A stretch of 64,000 nt of DNA from an uncultured Desulfosarcina sp. (GTDB taxonomy: Bacteria; Desulfobacterota; Desulfobacteria; Desulfobacterales; Desulfosarcinaceae): assembly GCA_963674945.2 (NCBI GenBank), contig CAXXWQ010000004.1:992001-1056000 (forward strand). Reading direction: 5' to 3'. Both the position numbers and the translations under genes were made by a program. Below the pieces are notes generated by a model. It did not search any database. It had not been told where the DNA came from and was given only the letters and a program-made list of their open reading frames with translations. This document shows, piece after piece, positions 1 to 10,333 of this stretch; the stretch's first letter is position 1, and each line of letters begins with the position of its first letter.

Positions 1-1
1 T

Positions 2-1027
2 ATGGACCTGTCTACACAGTACATGGGACTTGCGTTAAAGAATCCGATCATTGTGGGAAGCTCCGGGATGACCGGCTCGGTGGAGAAAGTCAAGACGGCA
101 GAGGCGGCCGGAGCCGCTGCGGTGGTTCTGAAATCGATCTTCGAGGAGGAGGTGGCACTGGAGTACGCCGACTTCATGAAGACGGCCCAACAGTTTCCCA
201 AAGAGAGCCAGTACTTCGATTACGACGGGCGTAAAATTCCCATCGAGTACTACGACTACCTGGTTCGCGAGGAAAATCTGAAAAAGTATGTCACCCTGGT
301 CACAGAGAGCAAGAAGGCCGTTTCGATCCCGGTCATTGCCAGCATCAACTGCTTTCTGCAATCCGTTGAATGGATCTCCTATGCACAACAACTGGAGGCG
401 GCCGGTGCGGATGCGCTGGAGCTGAATATGTTTTTTCCGCCCACGGATTTCAAGAGAACGCGTGTGGATCGCAAGGACATCTATTTCAAGGTCACAGAGG
501 AAGTCACCCAAAAGCTCTCTATTCCGACGGCGCTGAAAATCAGCTACTATTTTTCCGATCTGGGCCCTATGATCCAAAAATTGTCGCAGACCGGAATTGC
601 CGGTTTGGTGCTCTTCAACCGCTACTTCAGCCCGGATATCGACATCGATAACTTTTCCATCACCAACGGATTTGTTTTCAGCACACCGTCGGACCTGTCC
701 ATGTCTTTGCGCTGGATCGCCATTATGGCCGGGAAGGTGGATTGTGACCTTGCGGCTTCCACCGGTATCCACGACGGGGACGCAGTGATCAAACAGCTCT
801 TGGCCGGCGCGGATGCCGTTCAGGTCGCCTCCTGCCTGTACAAGAACGGAATTGACTATCTGGGTGTAATGATCGACCGCCTTCAATCCTGGATGACCGC
901 GAAGCGGTTCGATCATATTGGTGCTTTCAAAGGCAAAATGAGCCAGGAGAAGACCGCAGACCCGTCCATTTACGACCGTGTACAGTTTATGCGCTACTAC
1001 GGAGGCAAGAAGAATGTCGTCACCTAA
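2..1027 (+). CDS. Dihydroorotate dehydrogenase-like FMN protein
   Basis: LKNPIIVGSS, GAAAVVLKS, ADALELN, AGLVLFNR, ASTGIH and GADAVQV motifs of the DHOD-like TIM barrel. Confidence 0.88.
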   Translation: MDLSTQYMGLALKNPIIVGSSGMTGSVEKVKTAEAAGAAAVVLKSIFEEEVALEYADFMKTAQQFPKESQYFDYDGRKIPIEYYDYLVREENLKKYVTLVTESKKAVSIPVIASINCFLQSVEWISYAQQLEAAGADALELNMFFPPTDFKRTRVDRKDIYFKVTEEVTQKLSIPTALKISYYFSDLGPMIQKLSQTGIAGLVLFNRYFSPDIDIDNFSITNGFVFSTPSDLSMSLRWIAIMAGKVDCDLAASTGIHDGDAVIKQLLAGADAVQVASCLYKNGIDYLGVMIDRLQSWMTAKRFDHIGAFKGKMSQEKTADPSIYDRVQFMRYYGGKKNVVT

Positions 1028-1163
1028 ACGACTGCCGTTTCTTACAAAGGAAAAGAGATATTTTTAACATTTTCGAAAAAAACGAGACGACACACGCTTT
1101 GGCGATCCGGCAAACTATAATTGAATGGGCGCCAGGCAAGGACCATAATCCGTGAAAGACGCC

Positions 1164-1316
1164 ATGACCCTTCGGTTAATCCTCGGCGATCAGCTTAACA
1201 CGCAGCAGGGCTGGTTTCGGCAGGTCCGCGAAGACACCCTTTACACCCTTATGAAAGTTTGCCAGGAGATGGATGCCGTCAGGGCGCACATTCAAAGAAA
1301 TCAGTGTCTCGGTTGA
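1164..1316 (+). pseudogene. N-terminal fragment of a cryptochrome/photolyase-related protein (FeS-BCP/PhrB-like)
   Basis: Manual translation gives MTLRLILGDQLNTQQGWFRQVREDTLYTLMKVCQEMDAVRAHIQ; LRLILGDQL is the typical N-terminus; stops after 50 aa. Confidence 0.65.
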
Positions 1317-1507
1317 ATGATGTTCAGTTGGCCGGCGTATCGGCCGACGACGTCACCCTCAAAACAGTTCTCCAATTCGTCGTCACTGACGCTTCTGGCA
1401 TCCCTGAGTTCATTCAAGGGACAGACAAATTCGTTGCCGGCCCCATCTTTTACCTTTACATAAACGGTTTCGTTGGTTTCCGTATTCATGGGTATGCTCC
1501 TTTTCAA
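1301..1507 (-). CDS. Small acidic hypothetical protein
   Basis: 68-aa ORF with protein-like composition (VYVKVKDGAGNEFVCPL), co-oriented just downstream of the ADP-ribosylglycohydrolase. Confidence 0.6.
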   Translation of the reverse strand: MKRSIPMNTETNETVYVKVKDGAGNEFVCPLNELRDARSVSDDELENCFEGDVVGRYAGQLNIIQPRH

Positions 1508-1522
1508 TAAAACTTGTTCGCG

Positions 1523-2315
1523 TTACTGTTTACATGATTGACTGTTTATAAATTGCTCCAGGTTTGCCGGAGGATGACGCAATCCATCCAACCACGGCTT
1601 CGGGAAGGATTCAGGCCCATTGGCCGCCCCCAAGAGCGCCCCCAGAACTGCTCCCCTACCGGCATTGTCCCCACCGAGATTGGTGTTGGCGATGAGTCCG
1701 CGGGCGGTATCATGATGATACTTCAAAGCCAGATACAGCGTCACCGGCATGGCATCTTCCACATAACAGGCGCTACTGACATGTTTTCCAACTACCGTCT
1801 CGTCGGAATCTTTTAGCCAACGGAAAAATGGAAACCCCACCAATGGGTTGTCCTGGTTTCGAATTTTGGTAACAAGTGTATCTTCGAGCAAAGCGCCGTT
1901 TAGAACTGGAAGAAGTATATCCAAAAGCAAAATCGATGTACCGTTCCAGGTAGGCATCACTGTCATAGGTGCCATTTTCGACAATGGTATCGATCAGCAA
2001 TCCACAGAGCTTCAAATTGAGCGTATTCTCACCGGCCTGTAAAAACTGGTGGTAATGAATGCAATGCCGTCCCCAATATTTTCGCTGATCGTGAAGAATA
2101 TCGAAGGATCGATCGGTCACATAATCCACCGAGCGCCACAATATACTGTCAGGGTGAGGATTTTTGGGTCTCTGATAACTTGTGACATGGCCATAATCCC
2201 GGTAGAGTGCCTGTCGATCATAGTACCAGTGCACTGGCATGGCCAACGCATCCCCAATGAACATTCCGAGGATCGCACCTTTTTTTCGAGCCTGAAGATC
2301 AACCGTTCCCTTCAT
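1523..2315 (-). pseudogene. ADP-ribosylglycohydrolase family protein, split by a frameshift and probable internal deletion
   Basis: N-part GMFIGDALAMPVHWYYD (ORF 1773-2315) and C-part SACY...GGDNAGRGAVLGALLGA (ORF 1523-1984) lie in different frames; junction at about 1925-1930. Confidence 0.8.
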
Positions 2316-2729
2316 CTTGCCCCCTACAGCTCACCCATCGAACACGGTCGAATCGATGCTTTATGAATGTATGTATAGCTTCCATGTCGCCAGCAACTGA
2401 AATGATTGTCTTCATGTTGGTTACCCCCTTTCAGCGTCCATCCTTTCGGTTGTCGATGACCATTGCCGCGCATCGAAAAAATCGAAGTTTGTCTACTGAT
2501 CAACAAAGTATTCACCATGCAACGCATCTGCAAACTGGCCTCGGGCCAGAAGGGTCAGGATGGGGAAAATCATATCTGCTCGTAAATAATGAGGATTTGA
2601 AGAGTTGAAAAGGCTGCAAGGTAGGTCAGACCTACTACTGAATACCTAAAAGACTCTTTGTAATAAAACCAAAGCAGGTCAGTGCTTCCATAGTCGGGTG
2701 ATAAACGTATGCAAAGCAAGCGGTTTAAA

Positions 2730-3749
2730 CACACCGAATCAAACATAAACGCCACGGCAACGGCGCCCACACCGGCATTGGCGCCGACGACCGGTGAGAT
2801 GTTGACTGTGGCCAGCGGGGAGTGCGCTGTGAATACCGTCATCCGCTGGGCATACCAGTCCGCCGCCGGCCGATTGTTGGCATGCAGAACAATGTAGTCC
2901 CGGATGGTTGGTATGCACATGCACGCGCGCAGCGCTGGCGGCACCGGCGACCACTACGGAATCGCCGCTTTCTTTCAGTATCTCGGTCAACCGGTTGGGT
3001 GCCAGCGAACAATTGCGGATCAGGGCCTCGGTGCAATAGTGAAATCTCACCTGTTGTGGCAAATGGCCTTCTGCGGGCACCGCATCGTCCAACTCATCGG
3101 GAAGCCATGTATCAGCGGCCGATTTAACAAGATGGCGGATTGTTTTCTGACGGATGCATTCGATCATGCCTTCGATAAAGAAGACGAAGGCGCATGCCCC
3201 GGCATCCACCACGTTGGCCCGGGCCAGGACCTCCAATTGGGTTGGGGTCTCGGCCAATGACCGTCGAAGTGTTGCGTTGGAATCCACAAGCAGCTGGCCA
3301 AAATCGTCGCAGCGGCGGCGGTTGGTGTATAGGAATTCCGACCAGGCCCTCACGATCGTCAGGATGGTGCCCTCCACCGGTTTCTCGATGGCCTCGTAGA
3401 CGTATCTCACCGCCTTTTTTGCACTGACTGCGAACTGTTCGATGGAGATTCGGGAAATTTCGGCAGTTTCTGCACTGATGCCAAAGGGGAATTGCCCGAA
3501 AATGACTCCTGAGTTGCCGCGTGCGTTCAACAAGGCTGTTTCGGCGATCTGATCCAGTACTTGCTTATAGGGACGCTCCGGTCTCACCGTATCGACGACC
3601 GCGGCCAGGGTAAGGGTCATATTGGCCCCGGTGTCACCGTCCTGGACGGGAAAGACATTGATCCGATTCAACTGCTTCCGGTGGGCATGCACCTTCCGGT
3701 AACCGGCCAGAAACATGTAGTACAACCATCTACCATCGATACTTTTCAT
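2730..3749 (-). pseudogene. DAK2 (fatty acid kinase-like)-DegV fusion protein with most of DegV deleted
   Basis: NRINVFPVQDGDTGANM, ARGNSG, KPVEGTILT and VVDAG, then RVHVHTNHP jumps in another frame to the DegV C-terminus ISPVVGANAGVGAVAVA. Confidence 0.8.
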
Positions 3750-3840
3750 GAGAGCGAATCTCTTTTTTTTCTTCCTGACAATTTCAAGGAAAGAGAAAAG
3801 GACTGTGAGAACTTATCATCAATACTGCCCGTTCCTAATT

Positions 3841-4509
3841 TTACGCAGGGATCTGTTCGCAGTCTTTGTTTTGATAAACCTGCCGTTCACGATTCGTCCA
3901 ACGAATCCGTTTTCGATTGGCTTTCAGAAGGATTGGATCAGTTGTACCCAAACCGGATGTTCTGCACCCGGCTTGTGTCCGAAGGTTGAAAGCGCTGATG
4001 TGCGTTTGACTTTGTATTGCTTTCGATTTCTTGACATCTGCCAGGCTCTTTGTTCTCTTTATGGCATACCTCGATGAAAAATGTACAACGATAGCCAGTA
4101 GCGGACTGGTCGCCAACCAGGCGGCTATGGCACCGAATCCGATCTGTTTTACGGCCAGCAAACCACTCCATACATCATTTTGTAGCGATGACACCATTGC
4201 ATCAAAGGAAGCCGTCGAATTGCTTGCGTCGAACCATATGTTCCCGAGAGCAATGTAACCGCCCAGCAGCAGAATTTGCAAGGGATAAACACCATAGTTT
4301 ACAACTTGAATGATGCCATGATTCAACCGCAGCACTACTGCGAACAAAGCACACAGCACCGTTGCCACTCCTGGTATGGGAAACACACCCAATACGACAC
4401 CCAGGGTAACACTCACGACAATTTTTTCTGGGTTTGTACCCTGTCTCAGCGCATGATGAATGGCATTTATCAGTGTCTCCAGGGAGATCATCACAAAGTT
4501 CCTTTTCAT
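3841..4509 (-). CDS. DUF2062-like membrane protein
   Basis: QGTNPEKIVVSVTLGVVLGVFPIPG...RLN motif and hydrophobic helices. Confidence 0.75.
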   Translation of the reverse strand: MKRNFVMISLETLINAIHHALRQGTNPEKIVVSVTLGVVLGVFPIPGVATVLCALFAVVLRLNHGIIQVVNYGVYPLQILLLGGYIALGNIWFDASNSTASFDAMVSSLQNDVWSGLLAVKQIGFGAIAAWLATSPLLAIVVHFSSRYAIKRTKSLADVKKSKAIQSQTHISAFNLRTQAGCRTSGLGTTDPILLKANRKRIRWTNRERQVYQNKDCEQIPA

Positions 4510-4852
4510 CGGTTGTTGTAGAATATACCTGCCGATTGAAATTGGGGAGCTCAACGAAAACCTATAGTCCTATAAGTCCTAAAATTGCCAGTGTAGACCA
4601 GAATTCAATACGATCGGTTTGGTTGGCCATTGACAGGATAAAACTGCCAGTCGGGCAGTCCACACCAGTTTTTATTTCAAGACTGGCGTCTTTCTGTGTC
4701 CTATGAACACTGATGACCAATGATTTCATGGGTAGGTTTGACCCACCACAATACGGTCATCCGAATCGTATTGCCCGTTCCTGCCAACTGCTACATAATG
4801 AGGTGTGAATACAAAGATTGTTATTTGCGGAAGAAAAACAGGTGAAATTCTC

Positions 4853-5434
4853 ATGAGAATGATCTATTCGTTACTAATTCTATTGTCAGAATCTGTTATT
4901 CTACCAGTCTCCAACAGCCTGGCGAATCAGGATGAAATGATCGAAAGACTACAAACCGGAAGTCATATCCTAATGGTTCGTCATGCGTTGGCACCCGGCA
5001 GTGGTGACCCAAAGGATTTTAGGATCGGCGAATGTTCCACGCAGCGTAATCTTAACGAGGCTGGCCGCGCTCAGGCAAGAAGCATCGGCGATTGGCTTCG
5101 TGCTACAGGCGTCGTGTCTGCACGTGTGTATTCCAGCCAATGGTGCCGGTGCCTCGAAACGGCACGGCTGATGCAAATGGGTCCTGTACAAGAATTACCC
5201 GCGCTGAACTCATTCTATGAGCGCGTTCAGGACCGCAGACCGAACATCAACGCCTTGAACGATTTCATCTCCCGGCAGCCCGTGGATGGCGAATTGATTG
5301 TATTCGTAACGCATTTCGTAACTATTGCTGCCATAACCGGAGAGAGTGTTTCCTCGGGCACGGGCGTCCTGTTGGAATTGCGCCAAGATTCGTCCTATGA
5401 AGTGGTTGGTAAGCTGACTTTTGATAGGCAGTGA
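4853..5434 (+). CDS. Histidine phosphatase family protein
   Basis: RHALAPG, CSTQRNL, SSQWCRCLETA and VTH motifs; N-terminal signal-like segment. Confidence 0.88.
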   Translation: MRMIYSLLILLSESVILPVSNSLANQDEMIERLQTGSHILMVRHALAPGSGDPKDFRIGECSTQRNLNEAGRAQARSIGDWLRATGVVSARVYSSQWCRCLETARLMQMGPVQELPALNSFYERVQDRRPNINALNDFISRQPVDGELIVFVTHFVTIAAITGESVSSGTGVLLELRQDSSYEVVGKLTFDRQ

Positions 5435-5458
5435 TCTTTTTCTCCTGGTCATTTATCA

Positions 5459-7209
5459 CCTGATTTTTGCACAACGAAAAATAGAAAAGGAAGAAACCAT
5501 CTGGGAATCCTGTTATAAAGGGAGGTGACTGCCTTCCACAATATAAACAGGAGGTACCCAGATGGTAAAATATAGTAAATCAAAAAGCCGTAAAAACCGC
5601 AAGAACAAAGGGTTTAAGAAAAACGCCGCCAAGGCCAGAAAAATCAATGCTTCTACACCGCATGAGACATGCAGTGAGCAGCTGAGCCCATTTGGCGGGC
5701 TTTTAGCGGTGATCAAATTTTTCGATTTGATCGATTTCAAACAAATATTTAACGCCACCTATCATGCACCTGCTCGGCAACCAAAGCTGGGCCACTATTC
5801 GATGGTGGTAGGACTTCTGATGCTACTGTTTATAGGCTTTAACAGAATCTGGCATTTTACCTACATCCGACTCGATGCCATGCTGTGTGGATTTTTCCGG
5901 CTGACAAAGTTGCCGGTGGCGAGCACCTTCTGGCGATACCTTGACAGCTTGGGTATCAACCAAGCCCAGTCCCTTCAGAACCTCATGAGTATTTTGCGAG
6001 ATCGAGTGTGGCAACAACTGGGTTTCAATTATTTCCGGATATGCATCGATATCGACACCACCGTCGAGACGCTGTATGGCAATCAGCAAGGCGGCCGTAA
6101 AGGCCATAACACCAAAAACCGGGGCAAGAAAGGCTACCGGCCGGTGCTGTGCTTCATTGAGCAGACCCGGGAGTGTCTTATAGGAAAGCTTCGAAAAGGC
6201 GAGACACTCAGTGGCAAACAGACCGCTACCTTTATCCTCCAGACAAAATCCCATTTGCCCGGTTGTGTTCGCCAAGTCTTGCTGCGGGCAGATGGAGAGT
6301 TCCTGAGTTGGGAAAGTGTTCAGGCTGCAAGACACTGCGGTTATGACTTTATCATCGCCAACAAGAGATGCGATCCGCCTTTTGATACGAGTGGTTGGTA
6401 TCGGCCTTGGAAACGCAATGATGTTGAGTATAACAGCTGTGTCTATCAACCCCTTGGTTGAGATACCCCGTGTCGGTTTGTGGCCATGCGTATACCGAAA
6501 GCCAAATCAACTTCAAACCAGCAAGTGCAATGCGCGCTCTTTGAAGACGACAACTATACATACCGGATATTCTGCACGAGCCTTTCAGGGCCGGCCCATG
6601 AGGTGGTCAGCCAGTATGATAAACGCGCTGACGTTGAAAACCTGGTGGGCGAGGCCAAACGCGAAGGTCTTGCGGCCATCCCATCGGCAAAGTTCAAAAA
6701 CAACTACGCGTTCTTTCAACTGGTGCTGCTGACCTATAATATCTGGCGATACCTGAAGCTGCTGGCCGCCAAGAGCCAAGTCGGGAAACAGATGCCGTCC
6801 TTGAAAACGGTGTCATCCAATACGATCCGGATCGCCCGTCTGAAGCTGCTCTTTATTGCCTCCAAAGTTGTCAAAGATCAAAACCGTGATAAGGTCAAGT
6901 ACTCCATATACGATGCAAGAACACCCGCGATGATCCACTTCCTCAACTTTCTGGATCAAACGCGATTGAAACCGAAGCCGTGGAGGCGAGCGGCATGTTG
7001 AACGTCTGCGTAACTCGGGAGAATATCATGCAAGAATTTTCTTGCACGACAATTTCCTTTGTATATGGGCAGTTAAACGAAACACGGGTAAACTGTATAC
7101 TTCATACTAAAGGCAACGATCATGTGTTAGAGTAGAAAACGAACTCTTCATCATTTTGGAAAAATTGGCCACCGTGGCCATTTAAAGCTAATTGCGTGCA
7201 AAATTCAGG
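5459..7209 (+). mobile_element. IS1380-family insertion sequence
   Basis: Terminal inverted repeats CCTGATTTTTGCAC (5459-5472) and GTGCAAAATTCAGG (7196-7209) flank the transposase; no clear target duplication. Confidence 0.85.
5562..7001 (+). pseudogene. IS1380-family transposase with an in-frame TGA at 6459-6461
   Basis: LSPFGGL, IDIDTTV, GYRP, LLRADGEF and YDKRADVENLVGEAK; the two ORFs share one frame and are separated by a single stop. Confidence 0.88.
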
Positions 7210-7650
7210 TAACAATCAATGATGTTGCCTTCGTAATGAATAACAGGAGGGATGTCCCTGCTTTTGAATACGGCTTCAAAACCTGCCTCCACCAACACCT
7301 GATCAACCGTTTTTTCGCCGATGACCGGAACGGTTCAGGGGGGTTATGTCTCACAATTCACCAGGCGGATGGCTTTTATATTTACGGTTGTCAGCAAAAC
7401 TGGAACGACGGGAAAAACTAAAGATGATTCACATGTTGACTAAGCATGGTGCCAAATGGCTTCCCGCTGACCGTTCAGAAATCGGAGACCATCGTCGATC
7501 ATTGCTCTTATGATCTCTACATCCAATGGGCTGAGGATGTTTTCAAGGGCAAGCAGATTGCTTGCTTTATCATCAATCGACGATCAATATCTTGGGCATC
7601 TCCTATCGCTCCTTTATCTGCGAACCACTCACCGTCACAAAAAGCCAGCC

Positions 7651-8859
7651 TTACGCGGCCGGTAACGTCGGCACCCCCTTCATGGCAGGCAGGTAGATAT
7701 GAAAGCTGGCACCGGCGCCGACTTCCGATTGGGCCTGAATATATCCGCCATGCCGGCTGATGATCGAATGCGCAATGGCCAAGCCAAGCCCCATCCCCTT
7801 AACGCTGCCCCGCTCTTTGGTTGAAAAGTATGGGTCAAATATCTTATCAAGATTCTCTGCGGCGATCCCCGGACCCTCATCCGTGATAGATATTTTTACA
7901 TAGGATCCGGGACGCATGGTGGCCCCAATCGAATTGCCTTCCGACCAAGCTTCCCAATTTAAGGCCCGAATTTTAAGGGTTCCCCCTTGGGGCATGGCCT
8001 CCCTGGCATTGGTGGCCAAGACGTAAAGTACCTGCTCCATCTGCTTGAGGTCAGCCTCGATATTCCACAACTTTTCCTGGAGAGAGAATTCATACCTAAC
8101 GTTAGAACCGATCAGGGCGGCAACGATGGACCTCAACATCAGCTCGACGGAAATGACCTCCTTGCGCGGTTCTCCGCCGCCGGAAAAGGTGATGAACCGG
8201 CTGGTAAGCTCCGTTGCGTTGCCAACCGCCGTTTCTGCTTCAGCCAGAAGGCGGTCAACGCGATCGTCCTTAATGCCATAAAGGCGGGCCAATTCGATCT
8301 TGCCAAGTACCACAGTAAGCATATTATTGAAATCATGTGCTATCCCACCAGCCAAGGTGCCCATGGCTTCCAACATCCTGGTCTTGAGAAGCTCCTGCTC
8401 CGCCTTTTTGCGCGCTTCGATTTCTTGCGCCAGTGCCAGCACCAATTCCTCCAGGCTGGCCTTCTGCCGGATAATTTCGGCCTTCTGCTCGTTGAGCTCG
8501 AGAAATACTCTCACCTTTGAGAGTAAAATTTCGGGACTGAAGGGCTTGGTGACGAAATCCACCCCGCCGGAGGCATAGCCCCTGAAGATGTGGGGATCGT
8601 CGGAGTAAACTGCCGATAAGAAAATGATGGGTAGATGTCGGGTTCGCTGGTCGTTGCGAAGCAGGCCGGCCAGTTCGTAGCCATCCATGGTTGGCATCTG
8701 GACGTCCAGAATCGCCAGTGCGAAGTCATGGTTGAGGCTGGCCCGCAGGGCCTCATCGCCGCTTGCTGCCTTGATGATCTCGACATCCAGGCTTTCGAGT
8801 ACTCGTTGTAGGGCCAACAAATTGTTGTCTTTGTCATCTACGATCAGGATTTTGTCCAT
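7651..8859 (-). CDS. REC-HisKA-HATPase hybrid sensor kinase
   Basis: ILIVDD...ILDVQMP receiver, LAGGIAHDFNN H-box, DEGPGI and GMGLGL boxes. Confidence 0.92.
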   Translation of the reverse strand: MDKILIVDDKDNNLLALQRVLESLDVEIIKAASGDEALRASLNHDFALAILDVQMPTMDGYELAGLLRNDQRTRHLPIIFLSAVYSDDPHIFRGYASGGVDFVTKPFSPEILLSKVRVFLELNEQKAEIIRQKASLEELVLALAQEIEARKKAEQELLKTRMLEAMGTLAGGIAHDFNNMLTVVLGKIELARLYGIKDDRVDRLLAEAETAVGNATELTSRFITFSGGGEPRKEVISVELMLRSIVAALIGSNVRYEFSLQEKLWNIEADLKQMEQVLYVLATNAREAMPQGGTLKIRALNWEAWSEGNSIGATMRPGSYVKISITDEGPGIAAENLDKIFDPYFSTKERGSVKGMGLGLAIAHSIISRHGGYIQAQSEVGAGASFHIYLPAMKGVPTLPAA

Positions 8860-8879
8860 GGCCTTCACTCTCTGTCCGG

Positions 8880-9497
8880 TTAAACGCGTTTGCAAAAGGT
8901 CCTTCCCAATTCGTATAGCAAGCGGCCGATACGGTCGATGCTTAGCACGTAATCCGCTTGCGTCTCATTCAGTGCTTCAAGGGGCATGGTTGGATAGGTT
9001 GCGGTTTTTGGGTCCTGAACGATGGCAATGCCCCCCTTGGATTTAATGCGGCTCAGGCCGGCGGCCCCGTCCTTGCTGGCGCCCGTGAGGATCACGCCGA
9101 TAAGGCCGTCCCCGTAAACATCCGCGGCCGTCTCGAAGAGCACGTCGATGGAAGGCCTAGAAAAATTTACCTTCTCTTCCGTGGAAAGGGCGAATGTCTT
9201 GTCTGCCTCGATTAACAAATGATAATTTGCAGGCGCCAGATAAACCACTCCCGTCTGGACGACTTCTTTCTCTTCGGCCTCCTTGACCGCCAGCCGACAG
9301 TCCTGGCGTAACTGTGTCACCAAAAAGTCATCTTGCTGGGGATGCATGTGCTGGACGATGATCAAAGAAAGGCCAAAGTCAGCAGGCAGTACCTTCAAAA
9401 GGGTCTGCAAGGCATCGAGACCACCGGCGGAAACTCCGGCTACTACCGCTTGATACGGTTTTGTCCTTAAGGACTCATTTTTCGATAAATCTTCCAT
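8880..9497 (-). CDS. cheB: CheB-type methylesterase (no receiver domain)
   Basis: GVSAGG, IVQH, SRPSIDVLFETAA and LTGASKDGAAG. Confidence 0.92.
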   Translation of the reverse strand: MEDLSKNESLRTKPYQAVVAGVSAGGLDALQTLLKVLPADFGLSLIIVQHMHPQQDDFLVTQLRQDCRLAVKEAEEKEVVQTGVVYLAPANYHLLIEADKTFALSTEEKVNFSRPSIDVLFETAADVYGDGLIGVILTGASKDGAAGLSRIKSKGGIAIVQDPKTATYPTMPLEALNETQADYVLSIDRIGRLLYELGRTFCKRV

Positions 9498-10300
9498 TTA
9501 GAACTTATCACCTTGAAATTGTCGGCAACTTCCGTGAATTGAAGCGATTCCTTGCTGCCCAAAGCCAGAACCCCGCCCCGCACGAGGCTCTCATGGAAAA
9601 GCTTGAGTACCTGGTCCTGCAGTACCTTGTCAAAATAAATCAAGACATTACGGCACAATATCAGGTGAACCTCGCTGAAAACGCCATCGGTCGATAGGTT
9701 GTGATTGGCAAAGGTGATGTTTTTTTTGAGCGCCTTATCCAGAACCGCCGCATCATAACCGCTACGATAATACTGTGAAAACGAGCCGCTCCCGCCGGAG
9801 CGATGATAGGCAGCGGTATATTCCTTCATTTTTTCCAGAGGATAAATTCCCTCCTGGGCCTTGGCCAGGGCAAGGTCATTGAAGTCCGTGGCAAAAATGG
9901 TCGTACGCTCGTAAAAACCTTCCTCTTTAAGAACAATCGCCAGTGAGTAGACCTCCTCGCCCGTCGCGCAACCGGCGTGCCAAATTCGGACATAGGGAAA
10001 GGTCTTCAGGTGAGGTATGACCTGCTCCCGTAAAAATATGAAAAACTCAGGGTCGCGGAACATCTCGGATACGGTGATGGACAGATCGCAAACGAGCTTT
10101 TCGAATAGGGTTTCATCGTGAAGCACCGGGGGGATCATGTCACCGATTGTCACAAATCCAGAGGCAGCGACAAAGCCTCGTATGCGCCTCTTGATGGAGA
10201 CCCGCGAATAGTTCCTGAAATCATGGCCGTAACGCCTATAGATGGCCTCCAGCAGCAGATCGACCTCGATTTCCTCGATTTCTTCAGTGAGCATACCCAC
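9467..10300 (-). CDS. cheR: CheR-type protein-glutamate methyltransferase
   Basis: VSEMFRDP, IWHAGCATGEEVYSLAI, ATD and LCRNVLIYF. Confidence 0.94.
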   Translation of the reverse strand: MGMLTEEIEEIEVDLLLEAIYRRYGHDFRNYSRVSIKRRIRGFVAASGFVTIGDMIPPVLHDETLFEKLVCDLSITVSEMFRDPEFFIFLREQVIPHLKTFPYVRIWHAGCATGEEVYSLAIVLKEEGFYERTTIFATDFNDLALAKAQEGIYPLEKMKEYTAAYHRSGGSGSFSQYYRSGYDAAVLDKALKKNITFANHNLSTDGVFSEVHLILCRNVLIYFDKVLQDQVLKLFHESLVRGGVLALGSKESLQFTEVADNFKVISSKWKIYRKMSP

Positions 10301-10333
10301 AAAAACCTCAAGTGTCCAAAAAGAAGCCCCCTG

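Noticed and set aside
6459..6461. In-frame TGA as selenocysteine or programmed readthrough
   Set aside because: It lies in a transposase at a likely Trp position, with no evident SECIS hairpin
7210..7640. Short ORFs right of IS1380
   Set aside because: Probably a decayed minus-strand gene with stops; the family could not be assigned
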